Source: Marsupella aquatica (lineage: Eukaryota > Plantae > Marchantiophyta). From it: DNA of 64,000 nt. Made by a program: the position numbers and the translations under genes. The notes under the pieces are model-generated. The model saw only the letters and a program-made list of their open reading frames with translations. It did no database searches and had not been told where the DNA came from. Of this stretch, positions 39,238 to 50,763 are shown one piece after another. Each line of letters starts with the position of its first letter. The first letter of the stretch is position 1. The stretch covers positions 11,005,874 through 11,069,873 of the forward strand of contig OZ316894.1 of NCBI GenBank assembly GCA_973895155.1, given 5' to 3'.

Positions 39238-39676
39238 TTGGCTAGTTACCCTTGGCGGCCTTCCCACTTGTAAATTGTTTAGTCTATTATATATTAATAT
39301 TTAATATTGATTTAAAGTTCACCAATAAAGTCAGAAAGAAATTTCTGTCTTGGCTAGATTCTCTAGGTACAAATAATGGCGCCCCTTCTCTGGCTGCAAT
39401 GTATCTTGTCATTTTCGATTTTTATTATTATTAATATGGGTTTTTTAAAGGCTAGCACAAAATCATGACCCTGGTGCTTATGCAGCCCAGCAGTTGTCGT
39501 GATGCCAAACATTTGTATTCCCAACACATTCTGTTCTAGTGCAATCAAGTAGGAGATCCAACCATTGCACAAAGGAGATCAGATGTTTGTAATATTATTA
39601 TTTAGTCGTCCTTTTCGGACGTCACCCACTCACACATCTGCGTGAATATCGATGAAAGGATCTTGAGAGGTACTCA

Positions 39677-40103
39677 GGGGGCTTTACAAGAACTTGGGGG
39701 CAGCCATTTCATTTTTTCTAAGTGAAAGATGCAATCCTAGCCATTCATATGTGGGAACTGGCCACACTTCACTTTACATGAACTTGGGGGCACAATGAAC
39801 CAAAAGCATTACCCAACCTAGTCATTTCTCATTACTTAACCTAGTCATCTGTCAGTGGGCCCCTTGTGGGTCCCTTTTTTTGCTGAGTTGTGCAAGCTTT
39901 TTTTTCAAAAACTTAGACCTCCTCTTGAGGTGGTCTAAAAACTTGGAGCAAACGGCCGCTTGGTTTCAGGGAATTGCATTGATTACTTCCATACCTGACA
40001 CATTTTGGCTCAGGCATTTTAACTTTTGTGGAAGGAAATGGCCATCAGCTTTGCTCTGGAGAGAGAGAGAGTGAATGGCCCCCACCTTCTTGTAAAGCCC
40101 CCC
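39677..40103. mobile_element. PIF/Harbinger (Tourist-like) MITE
   Basis: TIR GGGGGCTTTACAAGAA / TTCTTGTAAAGCCCCCC; 3-bp TSD TCA at 39674-39676 and 40104-40106. Confidence 0.8.
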
Positions 40104-40299
40104 TCACTAAGATAATTCATTTTGCTTTTGTCTCTTGAGATATCCGAGTCAGCTACAGTAGGTTTACTCACCAGAGATTTGGTTATTATAATTGACGACC
40201 TCCAACAATTGAAAGAGTGATTGAGATACTAATCTCAATTAAGACCCACCATTCATAATCAGATTCCACTATTAGAACCAGTGAATGAGATTCACCACG

Positions 40300-40637
40300 A
40301 AAGACAATCTCGAGGCTCATTAAGAGCCTCGGGTACACCTGCCCGCGCCTACTGCCCGCCCCGCTCACATTTTTTTCGAATTTTACTAGCATGAATGATC
40401 CCCACTTTTTGGGTGGGGTGAATGCTAAAAAGCATTCTTGGCATGCAGCAGGCTTTGAACCCGGGACCTCCAACTCCCCAACTGATCTGGGCTACTATTG
40501 AGCCCTTCCTCAATTCGTGATGAGGTACATTCGCGCCAGGTACTTAAACTGGAATCAGATACAACACATGCGGGCAGCAGGCAGCACTTACGGGGTAATC
40601 AATGCTAATCCGCATTGATTGCCCTCGAGATTGCCTT
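40300..40637. mobile_element. Candidate inverted-repeat-bounded element containing a tRNA-like B-box segment
   Basis: AAAGACAATCTCGAGG ... CCTCGAGATTGCCTTT; minus-strand GGTCCCGGGTTCAAAGCC near 40451-40468. No TSD found. Confidence 0.4.
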
Positions 40638-41459
40638 TTGTCCTTATTGAATGAGCTGCTTCCAATTAAGATCCACCATTAGTAACAAGAGGATGATTCG
40701 TACGGCACCTCCTAGATGAAGCAGGCTAGGGATTTGAACCTGGGACCACCTCGATATTTGTGACAAGAGGCTGGGCTGCCCCATATAATGGAAAATCTTG
40801 AAGAATATAGAAGATAGGCCCTTTGGATGAGACCTCATAATTTATATATAGTATGTTCATGTCACCTTGTGCGTAAATCTAAGTAAGTCCGACAATTAAG
40901 AATATAAACCAAATCACTTGGTTTATAAATAGTAAATATAATGTATTATTTTACATTTTGGTGTATGAATTGTACTAATTTGATGTAGATTTAACACGTG
41001 ATGTTCATGCCAGATCAACATGTTTCTTTTTTAGTTTTACATTGATATATAATTCATTTAATTCTTTATAATAAAAATAAATATATGTAAAGTATATGCC
41101 AAAAGTTTAATATCTGCTAATTAAGAGTGAGTGACATAACACACAAAAATGTACATACACATGCAAAAAAAATACATTATGACCAAGAAAATACAAAGAC
41201 AATAAAGAGTTATGCACATATAGTCGAATATATACACACTTTTTACAGAAAGGGACCAAACAGAGTACAAAAGAACAAACAAAAGAGGGTCCAAGTGGAC
41301 AAAACCAAATGTAAAAGAAGTGAGCAAAAGGGAACCCCTAAACACGAAGAAAGAGTAACTAAAAGTAAGAAAATGAGCAATAGAGAACACTTTAAAAACC
41401 AAGAAACATGAATCCAAACGGACCGAGGTCCTCATCATTCTTAACAAATGTGGCAAAAA

Positions 41460-42790
41460 GCTAATGGTCCACATCAAGTGTCAAAACTAGATCGGCCAGT
41501 GAGATTGGAACATCCTCTAGGGGAGCTAGCCACTGCGGGGGCACACTAGCACCCACTATAAGAGATCGATGATAGATGGCCCGAGCTTGAGCTTGCTGTA
41601 AGGTGACTGAAATGCGTTGGCAAAAGTGTGTGGTCAAAATAGATAGCGGGGTTTGGTGGGACCCATATGGCCATGAACATCCCGGGCAGCTTGCCAAAGA
41701 AGCCCATCAAACTGAGGATAAAGACACCCGAATATCTCTAGAGCAAGGGGGAGGAAGCTGTCGGATGAAGCTCGTGCAACATATTTGGCCTCCTTGGTTG
41801 TTGCCGCATGTGACGCTGCAGCCCCTGCCGTTGTTGCCGCTGTCCCAATGATGTCTTGCCGCAATGGGTTTGCCACCACTACATCTGCCAAAGTACGTTG
41901 ACCCTCATGGACCATGGTAAGATCCACCCATAACCGTTGTGATGCAAGCTGTGATGGAGGACCAGGTAACTCGAGTACCACCTCCTGCCGCACGCATACC
42001 AAAGAGAACCTGAGCAGTCACATCTCTCACAACGTCATGAACAATAATGGTTTCACCTCCCAAACTGCACCGAAGAAGATGGACACCTGTGGCATCACAA
42101 GGCTTCCCACAAATGCAAGAAGGAGGTAAACCTGCAAAAAGTGGGTGGGGCAGCCCCATACGAGGACACATGGTTGTGGAGAACTTCGCTAAAGACATCC
42201 GAAAATGAGGAATTGACTGGATTGGCCTGAAACCATTCTCTTGCCTCCTGCGCCCTTCCCCCTGGAAGAAAGAATCCGAGCTCGGTCCGTGTTAGGTGCC
42301 TTGGAGAGTATGCTGGAAAGGGTGAAAGCATGCATACACCCAGCGAGGTCTGGTGAAGACGGACAGGATCCAAGGATAAAAACTCCTGAAAAGAAGGTAA
42401 CGCAGCCCGAACGGGATCTGGTAATGATGACCGCGCCGCACGCAAATGAACCTGAAATGGGAGGGAACCCTCCTCTACCTCCATGAGAGATGAAAGTAAA
42501 AAAGGGCGATCTTCGGTAAGGAAACGATTGGCCAACAATGAGAAGGCGGCTGCCCACGCGCCCAAAAAGGCCAAAGGTGCAAGGCTCTCACTGGAAGTAA
42601 GCCCAAAACCACCCTGAGAAATAGGAAGACCGAGACCACGGAGACAAGAGCAACGTACCCGGCCCTAATAGAAAGGCCAGAGTCTCACGAATTGAGACAT
42701 CAAATGCTCGAAGGTGGAGACAATGATCCTCGGTAGGGGGATGCATCCTAGCCAGATAAGACGCACGAGGGTGGATGCACCTATAGTACA
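41460..42790 (-). mobile_element. 5'-truncated CRE-like non-LTR retrotransposon (zinc finger plus restriction-like endonuclease), frameshifted
   Basis: CICGKPCDATGVHLLRCSLGG..HDVVRD (CCHC), then RLWVDL..ADVVVANP..AATTKEAKY..FLPLALEIFG (PD-D/ExK-type RLE). An AT-rich 3' UTR probably extends to ~41120. Confidence 0.75.
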
Positions 42791-43550
42791 CATTTTCAAT
42801 TGTTTCTAAGTAATGACAGTCAATTCAATTAAAACCATAAATTTGGTTAGAAAAGATCACAGCCTGAGGAACTTAGTACACCAGTTCAAACTCATTTCTT
42901 TCATTCTCATTAAATACACTAAGGAGTGATTGAAAATCAAAGATTAAATATTTATGAGGGGAGACAAATACATTCAAAATATTCTAAGCTCACTAAAATT
43001 AAAAGGGGTCCAAAAGTTAATTCAAAATCAAATTAATACATATGATTCACCTTGTTAAGGCACATTACAATCAAAATACTGGACACAAAATATGAATAAG
43101 ACAAAATGTGAAAGGTGGATTCAGCATATTTAGCATATAGCAGCTTCATAATTTAATGTGGGTCAAAGGCTTATGCCAAAAACAAATTCTCTTTGCCATG
43201 CACAAAGTGAAAGAGCTGAAACACCATTGACGCAAGCAAAAAGCTAAATACCGGGCAACTCAAAATAGCGGGCTGGCTTCAACCCAAGAGTAGGTCATGA
43301 GAGCAAGTTAGGGTCAAGGAAGTCAAAAATCTTACAAATAAGTTGCTACAAGAAGCTTGAGTTTGAGTCTAGATTTTTAGAGTAAAATCTGTAGACAGTG
43401 ACTCTAGGGCCTCACCAAAATTCATGTGGATAAACAAAATCATGGAATGTTATGCATGTTGTAATGATGACCATGCATGACAATTCCTGTCATCATTTAT
43501 ATTAACATACAAAGAATGGGTTTCAGGTTCATAAAATAATATAGTAATGC

Positions 43551-43708
43551 ATTAGTAAAATATACTTAAATCACCAGAAGTATGCATTAGAATCTACATG
43601 AATGTGTCTGAACCCGAATGATAAACTAATACAGCAATTCATTAGTAAAATATACTTAAATCACCAGAAGTTTGCATTAGAATCTACATGAATGTGTCTG
43701 AACCCGAA
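43551..43708. repeat. Direct duplication of a 68-bp block (90-bp period)
   Basis: ATTAGTAAAATATACTTAAATCACCAGAAG...GAACCCGAA at 43551 and 43641. Confidence 0.85.
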
Positions 43709-44289
43709 AGATTAAAAATAAACCCCTACATCCATAACAGTACTAAACAATAGTTTCAGCAAATGCATGACTCCATTCATGTGTAGATTATCAAAACATG
43801 GTTCTCATATGAATACAATACTGATCCGAAGGTATTGACTGGCAGCCATATATCCGTGATTCAAGGATAGGTCTGGAAGAGACTCATGAGCCGGGGCCTG
43901 ATGAGGTTCGTGACCTATCATTGTACAATGAAGCTTGTTAAATCAGTTGATGTCTGTTTGGTAGACCTTTGTCTAATATGCTTCACTTTAAACGGAAAAA
44001 ATTCAAAAGTATTCCCTCCTCCATGGACTGGCTAATGATACAATTTAAAACTGAGAGAGAAACAAAAGCAAATTGACCAAAATATCTCTTGTTGGTAGTT
44101 TCATTGGCCAGATTTGTTAAATCTGATTGCTTGCTTATCAGGAAGATCTAAGGATCATTCAATATTATAGTAGAATATACTTTATGGGTCCCACTTTTTC
44201 TGTCCTACAATTTTCAGGGGCCAAGTGAGCTCTCAAACAATACACTAGAAAGTATAGCTCATTTTATCCCAGCCAAATAGCTAGATTCC

Positions 44290-44895
44290 ACCTCTCCAAA
44301 ATAAACTGCCTGGATCTCACAGTACATACTAAGTATTGGGGGGAGGGTGTTACAAGTGAAGGGCTTGTATCTGATATGAACAGCTTTCCACATAGTGATT
44401 CTCTCCTCCAAAATCAACGGCCTGATCTGACCCTGCATTGAACTAAAGAAAGGGGGGAGGGGTGTTACAGGTGAAGGGCTTTGAGTGATATGAACATGTT
44501 TCCCTATAGAGATCTATTCTCCAACATAAATGGCCTGTATATGACCGTACATAAACTAACAATTGGGAGGAAGGGTGTTACCAGGTGCAGGGCTTGTAAC
44601 TGATATGAAGAGGTTTTCCAAAGTGATCTACTATTCTCCAAAATCAACGGCCCGATCTGAATGTACATAGAACTAACGATTTGGGGGGGGAAGGGGTGTT
44701 ACCAGGCGAAGGGCATGTGACCTATATCAAGTGGTTTCCAAAATAGTTACCTATTCTCCAAAATCGACGGCCTAGATCTGACCGTAAGTACTGTTTCGGG
44801 AAGGGGGGTGTTACCAGGTGAAGGGCTTGCGACTGACATAAATTAGTGCCCATACAGTGATCTCTTCTTCAAAAATTAAACGGCCAGGATCTGAC
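44290..44895. repeat. Tandem array, ~115-bp unit, ~5.3 copies
   Basis: Recurrent TTCTCCAAAATCAACGGCC.GATCTGACC and GGGTGTTACCAGGTGAAGGGCTTG blocks. Confidence 0.85.
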
Positions 44896-47800
44896 CACCG
44901 ACGGATCTAACGGTCATTCTATAGTGTGGCCTTACAACACGCCAACTGGAACATAATTTGCGAAGCGGAGACTTTCAGACTCGCCATAATATAATTATGT
45001 GCCAACTGACCGGAAAATAAAAGGAAACATGGTTACGAAGTACAGTTCTGTTTGTACGCGGGGCAGAGGAGCGTACAGGGCAGGTTTATCCGGGCAGCAG
45101 TGGGCGTGTGCGGTCAACGGCACAATGGATCCCTTCGAACGCCGGCTTGGGGGGGTACTTAGAAGACGACGACGAGGAAGCAAAGGTCACCGCTTTGTAA
45201 TCTCCGGGCATGACGTGCCGGAATTCCGTGGAACAGCGTATCCGGGCGAGCACGTACATTGGATGAGCCCGAGCACTGCATGCGGCCGGGCAGCGCCGCA
45301 TCCATCCATTTTCGGTGAAAGATCTTTTTGAATCCCCCACCATCTCCCAAAGACAGTATACGATAAGTTTGGTCCAATGGGCAACACGGGGGGGACCAAA
45401 GGTCAGGAGGCCTAACAGAAGCGAGTAGGGTACGCGGCAGCGTATGTTTTAAGGATTTCACTTTTCGCGAGAGAGTATTGAATATAAAGTGTGTGAAAGA
45501 GAAGATATTCAAAAGATTCCCTATTCAATTATTTTCCAGACTGTTAGATCTCTCTACATCTAAGGTTGATCGTTAGATTTTGGTTAATGTGGCCTGTGAT
45601 TAGGTGGAACATTCCTTACTCGTACAGAAAAACAGTAGCGAATTTTAGCCAAAAGGGGGGGGGGGGGGGGAAGATTTTTGAGGAGGTGTAATTAGGCAAA
45701 TTTTTGCCACTTTAAAAAAATGGCGGGATCGAGACTACACTCGTCATAAGTTCTTGTTGAATTTCATTATTATTTTCACCAGGGCCACATCGATTCATCC
45801 ATTTGGAAGCAAACACTGGATGCATGCACGCAGCGTTCCATGCAGGGTTCCAGACATGCAGGGTTCCAGACTGAGTGTTGTGGGTAAGCAGCTAAAACAC
45901 ACAAATACAAAAGGGACAAGACACAAATATTGGTTTAGGCCCAACTTGCATGCATGGGGTCCTGAAGTATGTGGCCCTGAACTTCACAGATGCCAACATC
46001 TTCCGAGCATCTGAGTGTGCAAAATTTACATGCCTAAGCCCCCTCTTTTGCGTGCAAATATTACATGCCTGAACCTCTTCTTTTGCCAGGCCTGATGGCA
46101 ATATTTGTGGAGTCCTAAGGTCAAGGGCCAGGAACTTTCAGGCCCTTGATGTTCCGACAAAAGTAGACTTTGCAGGGCAGTAGATCCCTGTTGCCAATCC
46201 AGATGTGCCTTTTGCTAAGGATTTAGGGAGGGGTCTTGGTAACTGCACATCAAAATATGACATATACAATGTAGGACACCCCTGCATACTTGCATACTGT
46301 GATAATTCTAGTTTTTTCCTTTCAATCAATGAATGTAACCACATTTTGATGTATGATTACCTGCAGGGTTTAGAGAGTGCTAAGGGCTGCTTTCTTCAGG
46401 GTTGCCACATGGGAGTTGGGCCTTAGTTTACGCTCTAAGTGTAGGATCGCAAGAAGGTGACACCAGATCATGCACTTACCCAGGGTATGCTCTATCCAAC
46501 ACGTGGAGGAGTTCAGTCTATGGACTTCTAGGGAGTTTGGTTTATGCACTTCTCAACCTACAGAACTGCAGCACTTAGAAAGTAACTGATAAATGCATGT
46601 GTACCAAAAGAGACACACTTATATATCTGTCATTGAGTGAGGGCTGAGATGCACTTATGAAAACTGCACCAAAACATTCAGTTGCACCAAACAAGTCGTG
46701 AGAGCTTCTCCAGCAGTGCTTTGTTCTTGGGCTTGCAGCAGTTAGTTTATGGTAATTTAGGTAAATTTTCCCTGGCAACCTTCTCCAGCAGTGCCTCTCC
46801 CATGATTCAATGCGGTGACCATGACAATTCAACCTCACAACCTCAAAAAATTGGGGCAAGATTGAAATCTCAAGGTAGTGCCCCTCTGCCAACCTGCCAA
46901 TCAATAAGCTGTCACTGGGGCCCCCTTTCATGGCCGTCAAAATAGACAGTTTGCCGTGTATGAAGGGGCCAGCTAATGGGGTCCATGATCCATGGCCATC
47001 AACTCCACAGTTTAGCAGAGCACGGCCGCCAAACCAATAGAGATACACTTATTAGCGGACTACATGATCAGCATGCACTTATTTAACGGTGCAGTTAGAC
47101 ATGGTGGACTCTAGTCATTGGCGAGCAGGCACAAAAGATCTTGGCAGGGCAGTCCCCCGTCTGCTGCCCCTGCCCTGCCCTGCCCTGCCCTGCCCAGGGC
47201 TCGCTGACCGCCCATCAGCCTCCTGTAGTCCTGCGTCCCGATAATTATACAACAGTAGTATCTTGTCATCACTGCCCGAATGCCCGGCCCGTACTTCCCG
47301 GCCCGTACTTCCCGGCCCGCACTGTTCGCGATTCTGCCCGCAGAGAGAGAGCTGCCTGCCCGCCCGCATGCATGTCGTGGCAAACAAAAGCGTCGTCACA
47401 GTCATAAGCTCTTGAGGTCCCATCTCGTACTGCGCATGCGTCACTGCCCGGGGCACTTGCCCATGATGATCTCATCGATGTGCAAGGATTGCTGTGGGGC
47501 AGCTGCTGCTATTAATTAAATACACCCGAGAATAGCCGTGGATTCCGTGATCCATGTGCTGCCCCACCGTCGTTGTGGGGCACCGCACTGTATACGTACG
47601 CTCCGTACAAATCATATGCTACGTATGGTGAAAATCTAGGTACGTCCGATGTCACCCACATATCGTACGTACGGATAATCGCGGCCCAAAATATCTGACT
47701 CCAGATTGACTCTTTTAGCCTTTTAGCCTTTTAGCGTTTGTGGGGTGATTGATTACACGCAAAGTGCACACGGCACAACTACACTTTATGGGGCACTGAT

Positions 47801-50693
47801 ATTCTATTCTATTTTCGTTGATTTAGTATTAGTATTATTTTATTCTACCCTAATAGTTCACTGACCAGGAGAGAATGTTTGCTGCTGTATTTTTACTTTA
47901 ACAGCATTTCACGATAAATATGTGACAAAATAATGCATTGTTTTGCACCTCCAGATTTATTTTTTTAATTATGTTGACTACCCTTTGTTTGAACGTAAAC
48001 AGAGGTGACATTAGAGCCCCAGAGACTCTTCCTACCGGTTCTCCACTTCTACCCCAATTTAGTTATGGGTCACAGTGATAGTCGTGATAGTCTCGAGACC
48101 GTAGGACCTGAGTGACTTTGGATCATGTACGAAGGAGATCTTCTGGCAAGAAAGACTTTATATACTGCCCCAGACCAACAGCTTCGTAGCCTGATAATAA
48201 TGCAATGTTTGTGTGCTGAAAAAGTACCACCTTGGGATGCCACATTCTTTTGGGTGAGCCTCATCTTCTTCTTTTTTAGTTTTTTCTTCCTTGGACTTCT
48301 TCTGTTTGAATGCATACTTATTGACAGGAAAAAGCATTTTTTTGAAATAGATTTGGTGAGAAGATAACTGTGGTACACTTATTAGAGCACTCCATCGTCG
48401 TTCATATCACAGCAAGTCACTGTCGGTTTACTGCACTCACACGTGCATAGTGCCCCAAGAGTATAGGATGGTAATTGAGATGGCACTAGGCAAGAATCAT
48501 GAGAGTAGGACTTGTAGCCAGAATGATTTTCAGAGTAGTTGGCAAGATCTCAGATTTGTCCCTCTGAATTTTCAGGAAATCTCATCAATAGAAATAAACT
48601 TTGTCCCATGTCTGGAGTTCTGCAGAGCCTAAATCATTTTGACTAAGTTTTGTCCTTCCCGCTGGAATTCTCCATTAAGAGACCAGATCACTCTGTTGGA
48701 CTAATCTTAGTCTTTCCAGTGTGATTATATAGAGAGCTACAGTCACTTTAGGGTTAGATTCAAAGTCGATCCTCATCTAACTCTCGAGCCAGCAAATCAA
48801 TAAATTTAAACAAACCCTCGTCCTTCATGTGACATTCTTAATGGATCAAATCATTGTAGGTTTGGTTCAAAACATATTGTATCATGTCCAAGTCTCAGGA
48901 CATGAAATCTCGCATGTAATGCTTAGTTTTATTCTCTGAAGGGGCAGTGTCATTGCATTCGTCAAGTGAGATACATGAGGAGATTGAAGAGCATTGTGAG
49001 TATCGACTTTCAGTCTCGAATCTGCAAACAGAGGTTGAGAAAACAGTGAATAGACCATCACGTGAACAAGTCATATCATTCCTTGAATTATTGTTCTTAA
49101 TAGTAGCGTAAGATTCTTCATGAATAGCTCTCGACAGGGATCTCGAGTGATTCCGGGGAACTATTTCAAAACTTGCTGCAAAAGAAACTGTCAACCTGTT
49201 GTTTACAGCAAACATCAGCATGACAATGTTTGTTTATTGCTAGCGCATCACCCGTGCCTTTGGGATGTGTTCCGATGTGCTTCCTTGCGACCTTGCCTTT
49301 CATTTTTACAATAATGAATGGATTTCAACTGTCCAAGTCAAATGAAACCTCACCACATAATGCCCAATCTGAACTATATTACATATCTGGGATGATGATC
49401 TTCGTGTTGCCAGGATTCCAACCATCTCTTGGTCCACAGTTTTAGATACAATTGTGCCCAAAAAATCTTGTCCCCATATTTCCCGGGCGAGAGAGCAGTA
49501 TTATTTTGTCGGAAGTAGCCCACGATCCTCCCACTCGCCGAATTTGTTTCTCCCCTTGTTCTTGCCATCAAGCGCCTTGGTTTTGGAAAGTCAGTTCGCA
49601 ACAGGAAACAAGACTGTTACTGTACATGCATAGATTTTGACAGAATCCACTACAGTGCATTATTTTCTTTGCAGTTCTTTACGCACGTCCAACATAGCGT
49701 AGGGTGCATTCTGAGATTTGGACAGGCAGACAACAATGGCCAACTTTAGTCTACAGGGCGTGATAGATTTGACAGAATCTTGTAGATATTTCAGAATCCT
49801 CCAGACCGCCTCTAGAATTGCTGTTTATTTAAAGTCTATGCTTTCCATTTCTGTACTCTAGCTATGCTTGGAACAATCAGACCCCCCTGCCCGGCCTTCA
49901 TTTTACGTGCACAGAGATTTGGTATCTTGGCGGAAACATTTATTTTAAGCGAGCCCAGTTTATTTTATCCCGACCCGCATCCACTTGCTGCCAATTTGAA
50001 CTGGCTTGTCAGACCGCCGGTGTCAGGGATACACGGGGCAAGTGGCTTGGCTCCGGGCATTTCGGGCAGATCTTACCTTGTCTGTCCGACCAGATTCTTC
50101 CCAAAATCATGAGGGGTTCGTGACGTTTATTGTACTAGGGTAATTTTTAATCGGTCATGCTAACGCGTCCAGGTAACTTCACATCACGACAGCCAAATAA
50201 GTATTATTAAGAGTGACACTTAACAATACCACGCCCGTGACCAAAGATGTTTGGTTACAAAAGGCGAACTGTTACAAATGCTTCTCTTTAATATTGTACA
50301 CTCTATTTTTTAGAATAATATGCACAGAATTCTATGTGGAGAAATTGTATGCGCAGACAAAAGATTTGGAGGAATTTTCGGGCCCCCACCAGAAAACTGA
50401 ACTGAGCCAATAAACAAAATATTTGGGTTAATAGTGTGGAGTGACATAAGCTATTTTACATCGAAATTTTTAGCGCATCCAGCATGACTGCACAATCATG
50501 AAGACAGCCAAATAAGTATTTAGAGTGACACTAGTAATGTAAACAAACATTTTGGTTTATTATGACCGTATGGGAGGTTTTTCTTTTTTGCCCTGTAGCT
50601 AATGTTACCTTGTGTGAAACTGGAAAATTCTTAGGATATCCTTTGTCTAACTTTACTCTATGAACTTCTGACCTTTCAAACTCCCTCGATTAA

Positions 50694-50763
50694 GGGTGGC
50701 TTTACAAGAACTTGGGGGCAGCAATTCCTTATTTTCTAAGTGAGAGGTGCAATCCTAGCCATT
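50694..50763. mobile_element. Left end of a second Harbinger MITE copy, interrupted by the LINE
   Basis: TAA|GGGTGGCTTTACAAGAACTTGGGGGCAG...ATCCTAGCCATT matches 39677-39745, then stops at the LINE tail. Confidence 0.75.

Noticed and set aside
38486-39304. Pro/Gly-rich ORFs
   Set aside because: Same artefact in the second G-rich element.
46100-47050. 157-aa ORF and splice-like signals on the minus strand
   Set aside because: No recognisable domain and no consistent exon chain.
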